Shown here one piece after another: positions 38,278 through 48,107 of a stretch of DNA of 64,000 bases. Source of the stretch: a phage. The stretch is taken from the sequence record PZ445526.1. The stretch is one strand, 5' to 3'. The position numbers and the translations under genes were made by a program. The notes under the pieces are model-generated. The model ran no database searches, was not told the origin of the DNA, and saw only the letters and a list, made by a program, of their open reading frames with translations. Each line of letters starts with the position of its first letter. Within the stretch, counting starts at the first letter, position 1.

Positions 38278-38587
38278 AGCCTTGCGGCAACCTTGTCGGG
38301 GTTCCACCTGCTAAGGCAAGTGTTTGTACGAAACGCCGGGACTTGAACCCGGTTATTAAGTAGTTGACGCTACTCAATATTTTTAAAAGGCCATATCTCG
38401 ACCATATCCGAACGTTCCGTCAAAAACGCTACTCGGCTTACGGCAAAGATATTTCCTCGAATCGATAATTCGGTGCGCCGTTTCTGCTGTGATGTAAGGG
38501 GATATTAACAAATCGTAAAGATTTATTAAGACCAGTCCTTACTCAGGGAACATCAGTCCGACGACTTACCGGTAGCGACCCGGTTTC
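38278..38587 (-). ncRNA. candidate structured stable RNA(s), possibly counterparts of T4 species 1/2 RNAs
   Basis: No ORF of 60 aa or more on either strand; tRNA-like T-arm CCGGGUUCAAGUCCCGG at 38336-38352 with possible acceptor pairing CGGAACG/CGUUUCG; adjacent to tRNA cluster and followed by strong terminator. Confidence 0.4.
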
Positions 38588-38938
38588 TTAATATTCTTTT
38601 AAAGCATCAATCTGTTCACGGCGTTTACGCCATAAATCAATTGCTTCATACGCGGATTCAGCATTTCGAATTGGTCGGCATTTATGTAAAGACTTGTGAT
38701 TTTGATATTTTGTAGATAATGGAATTTTATCTAAAAGGTCTTTACGTTCAAAGTATTCGTAACCATCTAAACCAAATGAACGATTTTTGAGAAATTGCCA
38801 ATGACCATATTCGTTTTGGATGTAAATATAATCCGCGTGTTGATAAAGCAAATTAGTTTCACGAGATGAGATATGGTTTTCATATTCATTGAAGTAAAAT
38901 GTTAAATCATGAACTACTAAATAAACATTACCTTTCAT
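38588..38938 (-). CDS. hypothetical protein
   Basis: 116 aa ORF between the stable-RNA region and tRNA-Arg. Confidence 0.45.
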   Translation of the reverse strand: MKGNVYLVVHDLTFYFNEYENHISSRETNLLYQHADYIYIQNEYGHWQFLKNRSFGLDGYEYFERKDLLDKIPLSTKYQNHKSLHKCRPIRNAESAYEAIDLWRKRREQIDALKEY

Positions 38939-38956
38939 ATTTTCCTCACTTATAAT

Positions 38957-39032
38957 TGGTCGAGGCAGTAGGGATCGAACCTACGACCCAGGACTTAGAA
39001 GGTCCTTGCTCTTCCTTCTGAGCTATGCCTCG
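38957..39032 (-). tRNA. tRNA-Arg (anticodon UCU)
   Basis: Hand-folded cloverleaf: acceptor CGAGGCA/UGCCUCG, anticodon loop CUUCUAA, T-loop GGUUCGAUCC, encoded CCA. Confidence 0.8.
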
Positions 39033-39036
39033 GATT

Positions 39037-39111
39037 TGGCGGACGTGATAGGATTCGAACCTATAACCAATCGCTTAACAGGCGATCGCTCTGCCATTGA
39101 GCTACACATCC
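39037..39111 (-). tRNA. tRNA-Asn (anticodon GUU)
   Basis: Acceptor GGAUGUG/CACGUCC, anticodon stem AUCGC/GCGAU with loop CUGUUAA, T-loop GGUUCGAAUCC, encoded CCA. Confidence 0.75.
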
Positions 39112-39115
39112 AAAT

Positions 39116-39202
39116 TGGTGGGGAGTGATGGAGTCGAACCACCCGAGTCGCAATGACAATGGATTTACAGTCCACACCGCTACCTCTACGGGATAACTCC
39201 CC
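39116..39202 (-). tRNA. tRNA-Tyr (anticodon GUA), long variable arm
   Basis: Acceptor GGGGAGU/ACUCCCC, anticodon loop CUGUAAA, long extra arm, T-loop GGUUCGACUCC, encoded CCA. Confidence 0.7.
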
Positions 39203-39212
39203 CAAATTAATT

Positions 39213-39287
39213 TGGTGGCCCTGGGTGGAATTGAACCACCATCTGGCGATTATGAGTCGCTTGCTTGAACCTTCCAGCTACAGGGCC
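39213..39287 (-). tRNA. tRNA with CAU anticodon (T4 tRNA-Ile counterpart, or Met)
   Basis: Acceptor GGCCCUG/CAGGGCC, anticodon loop CUCAUAA, T-loop GGUUCAAUUCC, encoded CCA; same position as T4 tRNA-Ile. Confidence 0.7.
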
Positions 39288-39288
39288 T

Positions 39289-39364
39289 TGGTGCTGATTG
39301 ACGGAATCGAACCGCCGACCTTCTCATTACAAGTGAGTTGCTCTACCTACTGAGCTAAATCAGC
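39289..39364 (-). tRNA. tRNA-Thr (anticodon UGU)
   Basis: Acceptor GCUGAUU/AAUCAGC, anticodon loop CUUGUAA, T-loop GGUUCGAUUCC, encoded CCA. Confidence 0.75.
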
Positions 39365-39369
39365 AAAAC

Positions 39370-39459
39370 TGGCGGAGGCGATAGGATTTGAACCTATGAG
39401 TCGCCGGAGCGACTGCCGGTTTTCAAGACCGGTGCATTAAACCACTCTGCCACGCCTCC
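39370..39459 (-). tRNA. tRNA-Ser (anticodon UGA), long variable arm
   Basis: Acceptor GGAGGCG/CGCCUCC, anticodon stem CCGGU/ACCGG with loop CUUGAAA, long extra arm, encoded CCA. Confidence 0.75.
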
Positions 39460-39461
39460 AG

Positions 39462-39535
39462 TCTCCGTGGCAGGATTTGAACCTACGACATTCTGCTCCC
39501 AAAGCAGACGCTCTACCAAACTGAGCTACACGGAG
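39462..39535 (-). tRNA. tRNA-Pro (anticodon UGG), CCA not encoded
   Basis: Acceptor CUCCGUG/CACGGAG, anticodon stem UCUGC/GCAGA with loop UUUGGGA; 3' end reads ...GAGACUGG. Confidence 0.75.
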
Positions 39536-39545
39536 TAAATTAAAT

Positions 39546-39619
<74 letters not shown>

Positions 39620-39624
39620 AAATT

Positions 39625-39711
39625 TGGTGCGAGAAGTGGGACTCGAACCCACAAGGAAATCATTCCGCAGCATTTTAAGTGCTGTGCCTTTACCAATTTG
39701 ACCATTCTCGC
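39625..39711 (-). tRNA. tRNA-Leu (anticodon UAA), long variable arm
   Basis: Acceptor GCGAGAA/UUCUCGC, anticodon stem CAGCA/UGCUG with loop CUUAAAA, long extra arm, encoded CCA. Confidence 0.75.
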
Positions 39712-39712
39712 G

Positions 39713-39785
39713 CTGGGAATAAAGGACTCGAACCTTTGCATCCTGGAATCAAAATCCAGTGCCTTACCAACTTGGCTAATTCCCA
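39713..39785 (-). tRNA. tRNA-Gln (anticodon UUG), CCA not encoded
   Basis: Acceptor UGGGAAU/AUUCCCA, anticodon stem CUGGA/UCCAG with loop UUUUGAU, T-loop GGUUCGAGUCC. Confidence 0.75.
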
Positions 39786-39882
39786 ATTATTAACAAAGGC
39801 TCTCTAACAAGAACCCTTGATGATAGAGGGTATTAATCAGTGCGGTATGAGTTAATAATAACAAATAATTCTTAAAGCATAT

Positions 39883-40170
39883 TTACCATTTATGATGATA
39901 CATACTTACGATGCATTCAAGACCCAAAGGATTCTTGAAAATATCATATTCAAGAGGACCTTTTTCTGTTTCAATAAAGAAATCAAAATTTACTGTATTA
40001 AATTTACGGTCTTCCTTTACTAATTTAACTTGAGAAGATGAACGGTCAATGTAAACCCTTTCAACTTCAAAACATGTTAAAATGCCATAATCATCAATCA
40101 AGGCTTTAGCCGCGGATTGATCATATTTATATCCATTTTCAATGGATGATACTTTAGCATAAAGAATCAT
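39883..40170 (-). CDS. hypothetical protein
   Basis: 95 aa ORF. Confidence 0.4.
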   Translation of the reverse strand: MILYAKVSSIENGYKYDQSAAKALIDDYGILTCFEVERVYIDRSSSQVKLVKEDRKFNTVNFDFFIETEKGPLEYDIFKNPLGLECIVSMYHHKW

Positions 40171-40172
40171 TA

Positions 40173-40583
40173 TCAGCCTCTATCAACGATAGTATGAGTA
40201 TGGGCATTTACGATTTGCCACCAGTCGAAACGATTGGAACCATAATCTGGTTTATTTTCATTTTCTTTAATGATATCACGCAGCTTATCTTCTGTTTCAG
40301 CATACGCAATTAAATCATCATATCCACCACAAGGATAATAATTATCACCTGCGAATAAAAGAAAATTTACCTTAGATGGATTTACGTAATAATGGTCTTT
40401 AGGATATTTAGTTCCTCTCCAATCAGTTACTTCAACATAACGGTAAGAAAATCCATTTTTACTTTCAATCCAACTCCACGCTTCAAAAGGAGTATTAAAA
40501 ACTTTATCAGGTATTAAATTACCTTCAAAATGAGAAGGATTTGCATAATCCCCGGCATAAACATAATATTCGTTAATACTCAT
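40173..40583 (-). CDS. hypothetical protein
   Basis: 136 aa ORF, Tyr/Trp-rich. Confidence 0.45.
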   Translation of the reverse strand: MSINEYYVYAGDYANPSHFEGNLIPDKVFNTPFEAWSWIESKNGFSYRYVEVTDWRGTKYPKDHYYVNPSKVNFLLFAGDNYYPCGGYDDLIAYAETEDKLRDIIKENENKPDYGSNRFDWWQIVNAHTHTIVDRG

Positions 40584-40769
40584 TTATTCACCTTTAGAAA
40601 TTTTATCCATAACGATAGCGATTAAACCAATTAAAAATGCTACTACAAGTGAAAACACATTTTCTGCTGTAGTTAATAATCCGCATATAAATCCAGCAAA
40701 CATTGAAAAACTAAAAGCGGAAGCAGAAATTGCAATAGCAACATTTCGAATTAATTCACAGCGTTTCAT
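40584..40769 (-). CDS. small membrane protein
   Basis: 61 aa from ATG (MKRCELIRNVAIAISASAFSFSMFAGFICGLL...); track extension is translated promoter/5'UTR. Confidence 0.45.
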   Translation of the reverse strand: MKRCELIRNVAIAISASAFSFSMFAGFICGLLTTAENVFSLVVAFLIGLIAIVMDKISKGE

Positions 40770-40797
40770 TTTATTCTCCTCAGTAGTTGATAGTGTA

Positions 40798-40827
40798 ATA
40801 GTATCACAACTAAAACCGCATGTAAAC
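40798..40827 (-). promoter_or_regulatory. T4 early promoter cassette
   Basis: Minus strand GTTTACATGCGGTTTTAGTTGTGATACTATTACACTATCAACTACTGAGGAGAATAAAATG. Confidence 0.55.
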
Positions 40828-40830
40828 AAT

Positions 40831-41055
40831 TTATTCAACACCAGCGGCTTTCAAAAGTTTCTTAAGATTGGCAACACCTTGAGCAGAAAATGTGACCTTG
40901 CCACCTTTTTCACTGATAGAACCAACCAATTTAGCAAGTTTATCATTAGGAATTTTTTTAAAATCAGCCAATGTTCCATCAAAGGTTTTTGAAACAAAAG
41001 GCAGTTCATCTTCATGTCTTTTAGCTTCTACAATAAATTTTTGATATGTTTTCAT
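40831..41055 (-). CDS. internal-protein-like virion protein with capsid-targeting leader
   Basis: 74 aa from ATG: MKTYQKFIVEAKRHEDELPF...; own early promoter. Confidence 0.55.
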   Translation of the reverse strand: MKTYQKFIVEAKRHEDELPFVSKTFDGTLADFKKIPNDKLAKLVGSISEKGGKVTFSAQGVANLKKLLKAAGVE

Positions 41056-41091
41056 TTTATTCTCCAATTTCACATTTGTTTTGATAGGGTA

Positions 41092-41121
41092 ATAGTATCA
41101 CTACCCCATCTAAAAGTAAAC
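41092..41121 (-). promoter_or_regulatory. T4 early promoter cassette
   Basis: Minus strand GTTTACTTTTAGATGGGGTAGTGATACTATTACCCTATCAAAAC. Confidence 0.55.
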
Positions 41122-41131
41122 AGTTTATAAA

Positions 41132-41440
41132 CTATTTTATTCCGCGTGATGCAATTGTGTTCTGTCGTTTAACACCAGTTTGTTTAAAGTCATGATTGTC
41201 GATTTGATCGGTACGAGCAACTCCGAATGATGATTTGATCTTAGCTTTAGATCCTTTAGTTATAGAAATAAACATCTCAGAAGCCCCTTTCTTAAAGTCC
41301 GAGGCGATTACTTCAACGCCGTTCTTAGCAAGTGACTTCAGAATTGCCTCCGCGTATTCATCGTCAAGACTTGCCTGAGTATTAATAACGAATGTCTTTG
41401 GCGCAGCCGCTTCATTGATAAATTCTTTAAATGTTTTCAT
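41132..41440 (-). CDS. internal-protein-like virion protein with capsid-targeting leader
   Basis: 102 aa: MKTFKEFINEAAAPKTFVINTQ...; own early promoter. Confidence 0.55.
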   Translation of the reverse strand: MKTFKEFINEAAAPKTFVINTQASLDDEYAEAILKSLAKNGVEVIASDFKKGASEMFISITKGSKAKIKSSFGVARTDQIDNHDFKQTGVKRQNTIASRGIK

Positions 41441-41470
41441 TTTATTTTCCTAATTAATTTTGATAGGGTA

Positions 41471-41500
41471 ATAGTATCACTACCCTATTTAAAAGTAAAC
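41471..41500 (-). promoter_or_regulatory. T4 early promoter cassette
   Basis: Minus strand GTTTACTTTTAAATAGGGTAGTGATACTATTACCCTATCA. Confidence 0.55.
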
Positions 41501-41773
41501 TCATTTTAAATAAATTGCGTATTTTTTATAACCCGCTGACTCATGACGAAGACCCTTATCATTAGCAAAACGCTCAATGTTGTTAATTTGATTCTGATCA
41601 AGTTCAGAGATGTCAAACACGAAAAAGTTACGTTTGTTACCAACTGTTATATAGTCAGTTAAATCAATATCATATAGGTAATTGATGTCAGCAATCAAAG
41701 TCTTGACAGCTTTGCTAATTTTTACTTTTTCGTTAAAAGCAGCTTCAGCAATAAATTCTTGATACGTTTTCAT
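41501..41773 (-). CDS. internal-protein-like virion protein with capsid-targeting leader
   Basis: 90 aa from ATG: MKTYQEFIAEAAFNEKVKISKAVKT...; identical leader to IPIII. Confidence 0.55.
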   Translation of the reverse strand: MKTYQEFIAEAAFNEKVKISKAVKTLIADINYLYDIDLTDYITVGNKRNFFVFDISELDQNQINNIERFANDKGLRHESAGYKKYAIYLK

Positions 41774-41801
41774 TTTATTCTCCTCAGTAGTTGATAGGGT
41801 A

Positions 41802-41831
41802 ATAGTATCACTACTAAAACCCAGTGTAAAC
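41802..41831 (-). promoter_or_regulatory. T4 early promoter cassette
   Basis: Minus strand GTTTACACTGGGTTTTAGTAGTGATACTATTACCCTATCAACTACTGAGGAGAATAAAATG. Confidence 0.55.
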
Positions 41832-41843
41832 AACTTTGTGAAA

Positions 41844-42540
<697 letters not shown>

Positions 42541-42541
<1 letters not shown>

Positions 42542-43266
42542 TATAGTACCTTTAGTGTATTTTTAATTTTAGAAAAAAGTTCTTCAAGAGAACCATCGTT
42601 TGTAATTACTAAATCGCCATCACGAATTGGCAATCCAGCTTCTGTAATATGTGTATCATTGGATTTTTGACCAGGACGAACTACATGAATTACTGTAGCA
42701 CCCATCGCCCTAGCCGCATCCATTTCATGATCTTGACGGGTATCAGGAACGATATAATAATCATAACCTGAGTTAAATTTATCAAGATAATCTAAAGCAA
42801 ATAATTTTACCCAGTACATGCGGTCGAAGTTATTAACAATCAAATCCGTACCTAGGGCTTGCATCAGACGACGGACTGACCATTGATCTTCAATATTATT
42901 TATAACGTCAATAATCTTGTTAAATGCTACGGAATTAACTGATTCTTGTCCTTCGTCATCAAAAACAAACACACCCTTAATTGGGCTTTTACCATTAAGA
43001 TAGCAAAATGCTTGTTCCATAATCGTGATTACTTCTAATTTAGTCAGATTTAAATTAGTCTCACGATCATAGTCAATTCCTTCAAACTCTTTACGAGTTA
43101 AGCAAGGATAGTCAGTGTTTGCTGCAAATACTCCCCATGCATAAGCCAATGCATCCTTAATAGGACCAGCAAGTTGGTATTTAACTGCAGAATAATTGCT
43201 CATGATAAAATCAGCAGTAGTATCTTTTCCACTACGCTTTACACCGCTTAAAAAGATTAGTTTCAT
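42541..43266 (-). CDS. 1: deoxynucleoside monophosphate kinase
   Basis: 241 aa from ATG (MKLIFLSGVKRSGKDTTADFI...), P-loop GVKRSGKDT. Confidence 0.9.
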
Positions 43267-43315
43267 GTGTTTCTCCTCAAATTTAATTAAGATTATAACA
43301 CACAAAACTGAAGCA

Positions 43316-43846
43316 TTAAACTTCTGCTATAATTTTACCATCTTTTTCTACTTGAAAATAGGTGTAAGGAATCGTTGCAGTACATACTAAAGCCGGGTCT
43401 GAATCTTCTGTGTAGCTAAATTCTACTTCAGATAGGTCAGAAACCCAAGGCTTATAAAAATTTATTGACATCACGATTTCAGTTTTGCTATTATCTAAGA
43501 TGTAAAGCGTAATGTACTCAGGACCTGTTTTTTGGGCAGTATTTTCACCTGTAAGATAGTTGCTAGTTCCTAGCATCCATTCATACATTCCTATCCACGA
43601 CTTAAGTTCTTCATCAACTATAAATCTCACAATGAGTGGATCATACTCAAATGTAACACCTGGACGTTGTGCTCGGCCTAGTCCAAACGGCCCAGTCACG
43701 GTATCAGTAACAGGTATTCTAATTCCTGGAATAGGAACTGACTGAGCATTTAAAGTAAAAGCAGATGTAGTATTACTGTGCGGTATTGATACTACAAAGT
43801 TAGTTGTATTTGCTTGGTTAAAAATTTGTTGCAGAGCTTGCGACAT
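43316..43846 (-). CDS. 3: tail tube terminator / sheath stabiliser gp3
   Basis: 176 aa from ATG (MSQALQQIFNQANTTNF...); position between genes 1 and 2. Confidence 0.8.
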   Translation of the reverse strand: MSQALQQIFNQANTTNFVVSIPHSNTTSAFTLNAQSVPIPGIRIPVTDTVTGPFGLGRAQRPGVTFEYDPLIVRFIVDEELKSWIGMYEWMLGTSNYLTGENTAQKTGPEYITLYILDNSKTEIVMSINFYKPWVSDLSEVEFSYTEDSDPALVCTATIPYTYFQVEKDGKIIAEV

Positions 43847-43952
43847 ATATTCCTCATAATGCTTTATAACTGTTGGTGGTATAATGGGTCTAAGTCCCTT
43901 CCATTCAATTCCATTTAGAACAAACAACAGAAAAGAATGGAAGATAATAGAA

Positions 43953-44777
43953 TTAGATATTTGACCAGACTTTGTTTGCAGAGAAACGTTTTCCTTTTGA
44001 AACGAACTGCTGAAGTGGCATTAACACAACGTTCGCCCAGTCTTTCGGGGCGATTTCAACAAGGCTACCCATAATATTACCGGGTATATATGCCTTAATC
44101 ATTTGGTCTGCACCCCTAAATCCTTTCACTTGACTCCAATCAATTTTTAATTTCGTTTTATTAGTAATAGTAGGTGTATTTGCATATTGCTTTAAAAGCT
44201 CTTCTAGAAATTGCTGACGAGCTTTAGGTGGAATATAGTGCAAGTTTAATCCGTACATTAAATTATGCTTGCCTAAACCAAGGTAAATTATCAAAGGAAA
44301 TTTATCCCAGTAAGGAAGAGTTTCCTTGTGTTTAGCATCATAAGCAAAAGCATATATTCGTCCCGGCTGCGGGCGAACAACTTTATGTCCTTTTACTTGC
44401 TTAATAGTTTCAGCAAACCACTTTCTGGTTTTATTATTAATTGCTGCACCTTCATTACGAATTTTATCACGCAATGTTTGTCTGAATGAATTTATCATAA
44501 GCAGTTGTCTTTCTTGCTTATTGAGTTTATTCATTGGTTTTGATTCAAGCTTTTGAATCTTTTCAGCCGTTTTAATTCCTGAAGCATATTTTGACATTGC
44601 TGAAGTAAACGTAGAGTATTTGATTCCTCTTTCTTCAGCAAATTGCTTTCCTGTCATTCCTTTTGCTTTGGCCTTTTTATATTCAAGACCTATCTGAATC
44701 CATTTCTTTTCGTTTAATGATTGCTTAACCTTTGGAACTTGGGGAGTGCTTTCATTAATTATTTGAAAAATAGCCAT
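43953..44777 (-). CDS. 2: DNA end-protector protein gp2
   Basis: 274 aa basic protein; position and length as T4 gp2. Confidence 0.85.
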
Positions 44778-45229
44778 TATGCCCCCTTAAAGCCAAGAGC
44801 TCGTAATCCATCTTCTGTTAGAATTCTAAATTTTATTCCACGCTTTTCAGCTAAAGATTGTGCTGCTTTCCATTTGTCGGTATTAACAGAATATGTATAA
44901 ATTTCATTCATAAATCTTTTCTTCGCTGCAGTTGTTAGATGTGCTGGTTTAACTGGTGGTTGTGTTTCTTTTTTAGGTTTTATTTCAATAAAAAATTCTT
45001 GTCCAGAAGAATCTTTCATCCAAATATCCATGAAGTATCTACGTTTTTTCCCTTCTGCATTACAAAAATAAGGAATTACTGCTGTTTCACTACCCCATGC
45101 AATAATTTCTGGATTTTTATCTAACCATTCAAAAAAGAATTTTTCCCAATTTGATCTATACGTAATTTTTTTAGGGTCACCTCTATACTTTGATATATTT
45201 TTAGGAACCCATTTTCCAGAATATGCCAT
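44777..45229 (-). CDS. 4: head completion protein gp4
   Basis: 150 aa; ends at the divergent late-promoter region facing gene 53. Confidence 0.85.
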
Positions 45230-45240
45230 TGGATTCTCCT

Positions 45241-45248
45241 TATAAATA
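45241..45248 (+). promoter_or_regulatory. late promoter (TATAAATA) for gene 53
   Basis: Exact TATAAATA about 28 nt upstream of the gene 53 ATG. Confidence 0.6.
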
Positions 45249-45255
45249 GATAATA

Positions 45256-45263
45256 TATTTATA
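45256..45263 (-). promoter_or_regulatory. late promoter (TATAAATA) for gene 4, divergent from the gene 53 promoter
   Basis: Plus strand tatttata is TATAAATA on the minus strand, upstream of the gene 4 ATG. Confidence 0.55.
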
Positions 45264-45276
45264 AACAGGAGGGCCC

Positions 45277-45867
45277 ATGCTCTTTACATTTTTTGATCCG
45301 ATTGAATATGCGGCCAAAACGGTGAATAAAAACGCGCCGACTATTCCTATTACAGATATTTTTAGAAACTATAAAGACTATTTTAAACGCGCTCTTGCGG
45401 GATACCGTTTACGTACTTATTATATTAAAGGTTCACCACGCCCGGAAGAATTAGCAAATACTATATATGGAAATCCACAGTTGTATTGGGTTTTATTGAT
45501 GTGTAATGATAATTATGATCCGTATTATGGATGGATTACTTCACAAGAAGCTGCTTATCAAGCATCTATACAAAAATACAAAAATGTAGGTGGAGACCAA
45601 ATAGTATATCATGTGAATGAGAATGGTGAAAAATTTTATAATTTAATATCATACGATGATAATCCATATGTTTGGTATGACAAAGGTGATAAAGCTAGAA
45701 AATATCCTCAATATGAAGGAGCACTTGCTGCGGTCGATACGTATGAAGCTGCTGTTCTTGAAAATGAAAAACTTCGTCAAATAAAAATAATAGCAAAATC
45801 AGACATCAATTCATTTATGAACGACCTTATACGTATAATGGAGAAATCTTATGGAAATGATAAGTAA
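45277..45867 (+). CDS. 53: baseplate wedge protein gp53
   Basis: 196 aa; first plus-strand late gene, position as T4. Confidence 0.9.
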   Translation: MLFTFFDPIEYAAKTVNKNAPTIPITDIFRNYKDYFKRALAGYRLRTYYIKGSPRPEELANTIYGNPQLYWVLLMCNDNYDPYYGWITSQEAAYQASIQKYKNVGGDQIVYHVNENGEKFYNLISYDDNPYVWYDKGDKARKYPQYEGALAAVDTYEAAVLENEKLRQIKIIAKSDINSFMNDLIRIMEKSYGNDK

Positions 45868-47578
45868 TAACCTTAATTGGTTTGTTGGTGTTGTTGAAGA
45901 TAGAATGGACCCATTAAAATTAGGTCGTGTTCGTGTTCGTGTGGTTGGTTTGCATCCACCTCAAAGAGCACAAGGTGATGTAATGGGTATTCCAACTGAA
46001 AAATTACCATGGATGTCAGTTATTCAACCTATAACTTCTGCAGCGATGTCAGGAATTGGAGGTTCTGTTACAGGGCCAGTAGAAGGAACTAGAGTTTATG
46101 GTCATTTTTTAGACAAATGGAAAACTAACGGAATTGTCCTTGGCACGTATGGTGGAATAGTTCGCGAAAAACCGAATAGACTTGAAGGATTTTCTGACCC
46201 AACTGGGCAGTATCCTAGACGTTTAGGAAATGATACGAACGTATTAAACCAAGGCGGAGAAGTAGGATATGATTCCTCTTCTAACGTTATTCAAGATAGT
46301 AACTTAGACACCGCAATAAATCCCGATGATAGACCACTATCAGAGATTCCAACCGATGATAATCCAAATATGTCAATGGCTGAAATGCTTCGCCGTGATG
46401 AAGGATTAAGACTAAAAGTTTATTGGGATACCGAAGGATATCCGACAATTGGTATTGGTCATCTTATCATGAAGCAGCCAGTTCGTGATATGGCTCAAAT
46501 TAATAAAGTTTTATCAAAACAAGTTGGTCGTGAAATTACTGGAAACCCAGGTTCTATTACAATGGAAGAAGCGACGACTTTATTTGAACGTGATTTGGCT
46601 GATATGCAACGGGACATTAAATCACATTCTAAAGTAGGACCGGTCTGGCAAGCTGTCAACCGTTCTCGTCAAATGGCGTTAGAAAATATGGCATTTCAGA
46701 TGGGTGTTGGTGGTGTAGCTAAATTTAACACAATGTTAACTGCTATGTTAGCAGGAGATTGGGAAAAAGCATATAAAGCTGGTCGTGATTCATTGTGGTA
46801 TCAACAAACAAAAGGCCGTGCATCCCGTGTTACTATGATTATTCTTACGGGAAATTTGGAATCATATGGTGTTGAAGTGAAAACCCCAGCTAGGTCTCTA
46901 TCAGCAATGGCTGCTACTGTAGCTAAATCTTCTGACCCTGCTGACCCTCCTATTCCAAATGACTCGAGAATTTTATTCAAAGAACCAGTTTCTTCATATA
47001 AAGGTGAATATCCTTATGTGCATACAATGGAAACTGAAAGCGGACATATTCAGGAATTTGATGATACCCCTGGGCAAGAACGATATAGATTAGTTCATCC
47101 AACTGGAACTTATGAAGAAGTATCACCATCAGGAAGAAGAACAAGAAAAACTGTTGATAATTTGTATGATATAACCAATGCTGATGGTAATTTTTTGGTA
47201 GCCGGTGATAAAAAGACTAACGTCGGTGGATCAGAAATTTATTACAACATGGATAATCGTCTTCACCAGATAGATGGAAGCAATACAATATTTGTGCGTG
47301 GCGATGAAACTAAGACGGTTGAAGGTAATGGAACTATCCTAGTCAAAGGTAATGTTACTATTGTAGTTGAAGGCAATGCTGACATTACAGTTAAAGGAGA
47401 TGCTACCACTTTAGTTGAAGGAAATCAAACTAATACAGTAAATGGAAATCTTTCTTGGAAAGTTGCTGGGACAGTTGATTGGGACGTTGGTGGTGATTGG
47501 ACAGAAAAAATGGCATCTATGAGTTCTATTTCATCTGGTCAATATACAATTGATGGATCGAGGATTGACATTGGCTAA
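45851..47578 (+). CDS. 5: baseplate hub / cell-puncturing protein with lysozyme domain gp5
   Basis: 575 aa, MEMISNNLNWFVGVVEDRMDPLKLGRV...; internal lysozyme domain EMLRRDEGLRLKVYWDTEGYPTIGIGHL paralogous to e; C-terminal VxGxxxxxx beta-helix repeats. Confidence 0.95.
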   Translation: MEMISNNLNWFVGVVEDRMDPLKLGRVRVRVVGLHPPQRAQGDVMGIPTEKLPWMSVIQPITSAAMSGIGGSVTGPVEGTRVYGHFLDKWKTNGIVLGTYGGIVREKPNRLEGFSDPTGQYPRRLGNDTNVLNQGGEVGYDSSSNVIQDSNLDTAINPDDRPLSEIPTDDNPNMSMAEMLRRDEGLRLKVYWDTEGYPTIGIGHLIMKQPVRDMAQINKVLSKQVGREITGNPGSITMEEATTLFERDLADMQRDIKSHSKVGPVWQAVNRSRQMALENMAFQMGVGGVAKFNTMLTAMLAGDWEKAYKAGRDSLWYQQTKGRASRVTMIILTGNLESYGVEVKTPARSLSAMAATVAKSSDPADPPIPNDSRILFKEPVSSYKGEYPYVHTMETESGHIQEFDDTPGQERYRLVHPTGTYEEVSPSGRRTRKTVDNLYDITNADGNFLVAGDKKTNVGGSEIYYNMDNRLHQIDGSNTIFVRGDETKTVEGNGTILVKGNVTIVVEGNADITVKGDATTLVEGNQTNTVNGNLSWKVAGTVDWDVGGDWTEKMASMSSISSGQYTIDGSRIDIG

Positions 47579-47612
47579 TATACTTCCAATGAGCGCTGAT
47601 TTAGGAGAATCC

Positions 47613-48107
47613 ATGGAAGGTTCTTCTATCGACGTCACCTTTACCGCTCAATTAGAAACAGGTGAAACGTTAGTATCTATAAATATAACTAGTTACGAAG
47701 AAACTCCTGGAGTTTTAGTAGAAGAAAATCGCTTATATGGAACATATGAATCTGTATTTGGTTTCGGAAATGACGCGTTGAAATATCGTTTAGGCGATGA
47801 ATTTAAAACTGCTGCTTCATGGGAAGAACTTCCTACTGATTCTGATACTCAGTTGTATTTGTGGAAAGCTCCTCAAAACCTCCAGAAGACATTCACTTAC
47901 GAAGTAACATTAATATATGACTACCAAGAACAAAGTGAATCTGGATGTTCTGGCAGTAATTCTAGGTCATCTTCTGATACTACTGAACCGACAGATCCTC
48001 CTGCTCCAGTAAGAAAAACTCTAGTTAAAAATTATACTAAAACTATAGTTGGAAATTGGAGTCGTTGGGCTAATAAATTGAGAAGCTATGTGTATGAGAG
48101 GCCATAA
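47613..48107 (+). CDS. 5.1: hypothetical protein gp5.1 (start uncertain)
   Basis: Start set to ATG behind AGGAGAA RBS (MEGSSIDVTF...); track ORF begins earlier at a non-ATG codon. Confidence 0.55.
   Translation: MEGSSIDVTFTAQLETGETLVSINITSYEETPGVLVEENRLYGTYESVFGFGNDALKYRLGDEFKTAASWEELPTDSDTQLYLWKAPQNLQKTFTYEVTLIYDYQEQSESGCSGSNSRSSSDTTEPTDPPAPVRKTLVKNYTKTIVGNWSRWANKLRSYVYERP

Noticed and set aside
38588-38938. Possible remnant of a GIY-YIG homing endonuclease in the tRNA region (T4 has segB nearby)
   Set aside because: Only a weak GNVYLVV resemblance; no YIG motif or conserved catalytic residues and the ORF is only 116 aa, so it is left as hypothetical.
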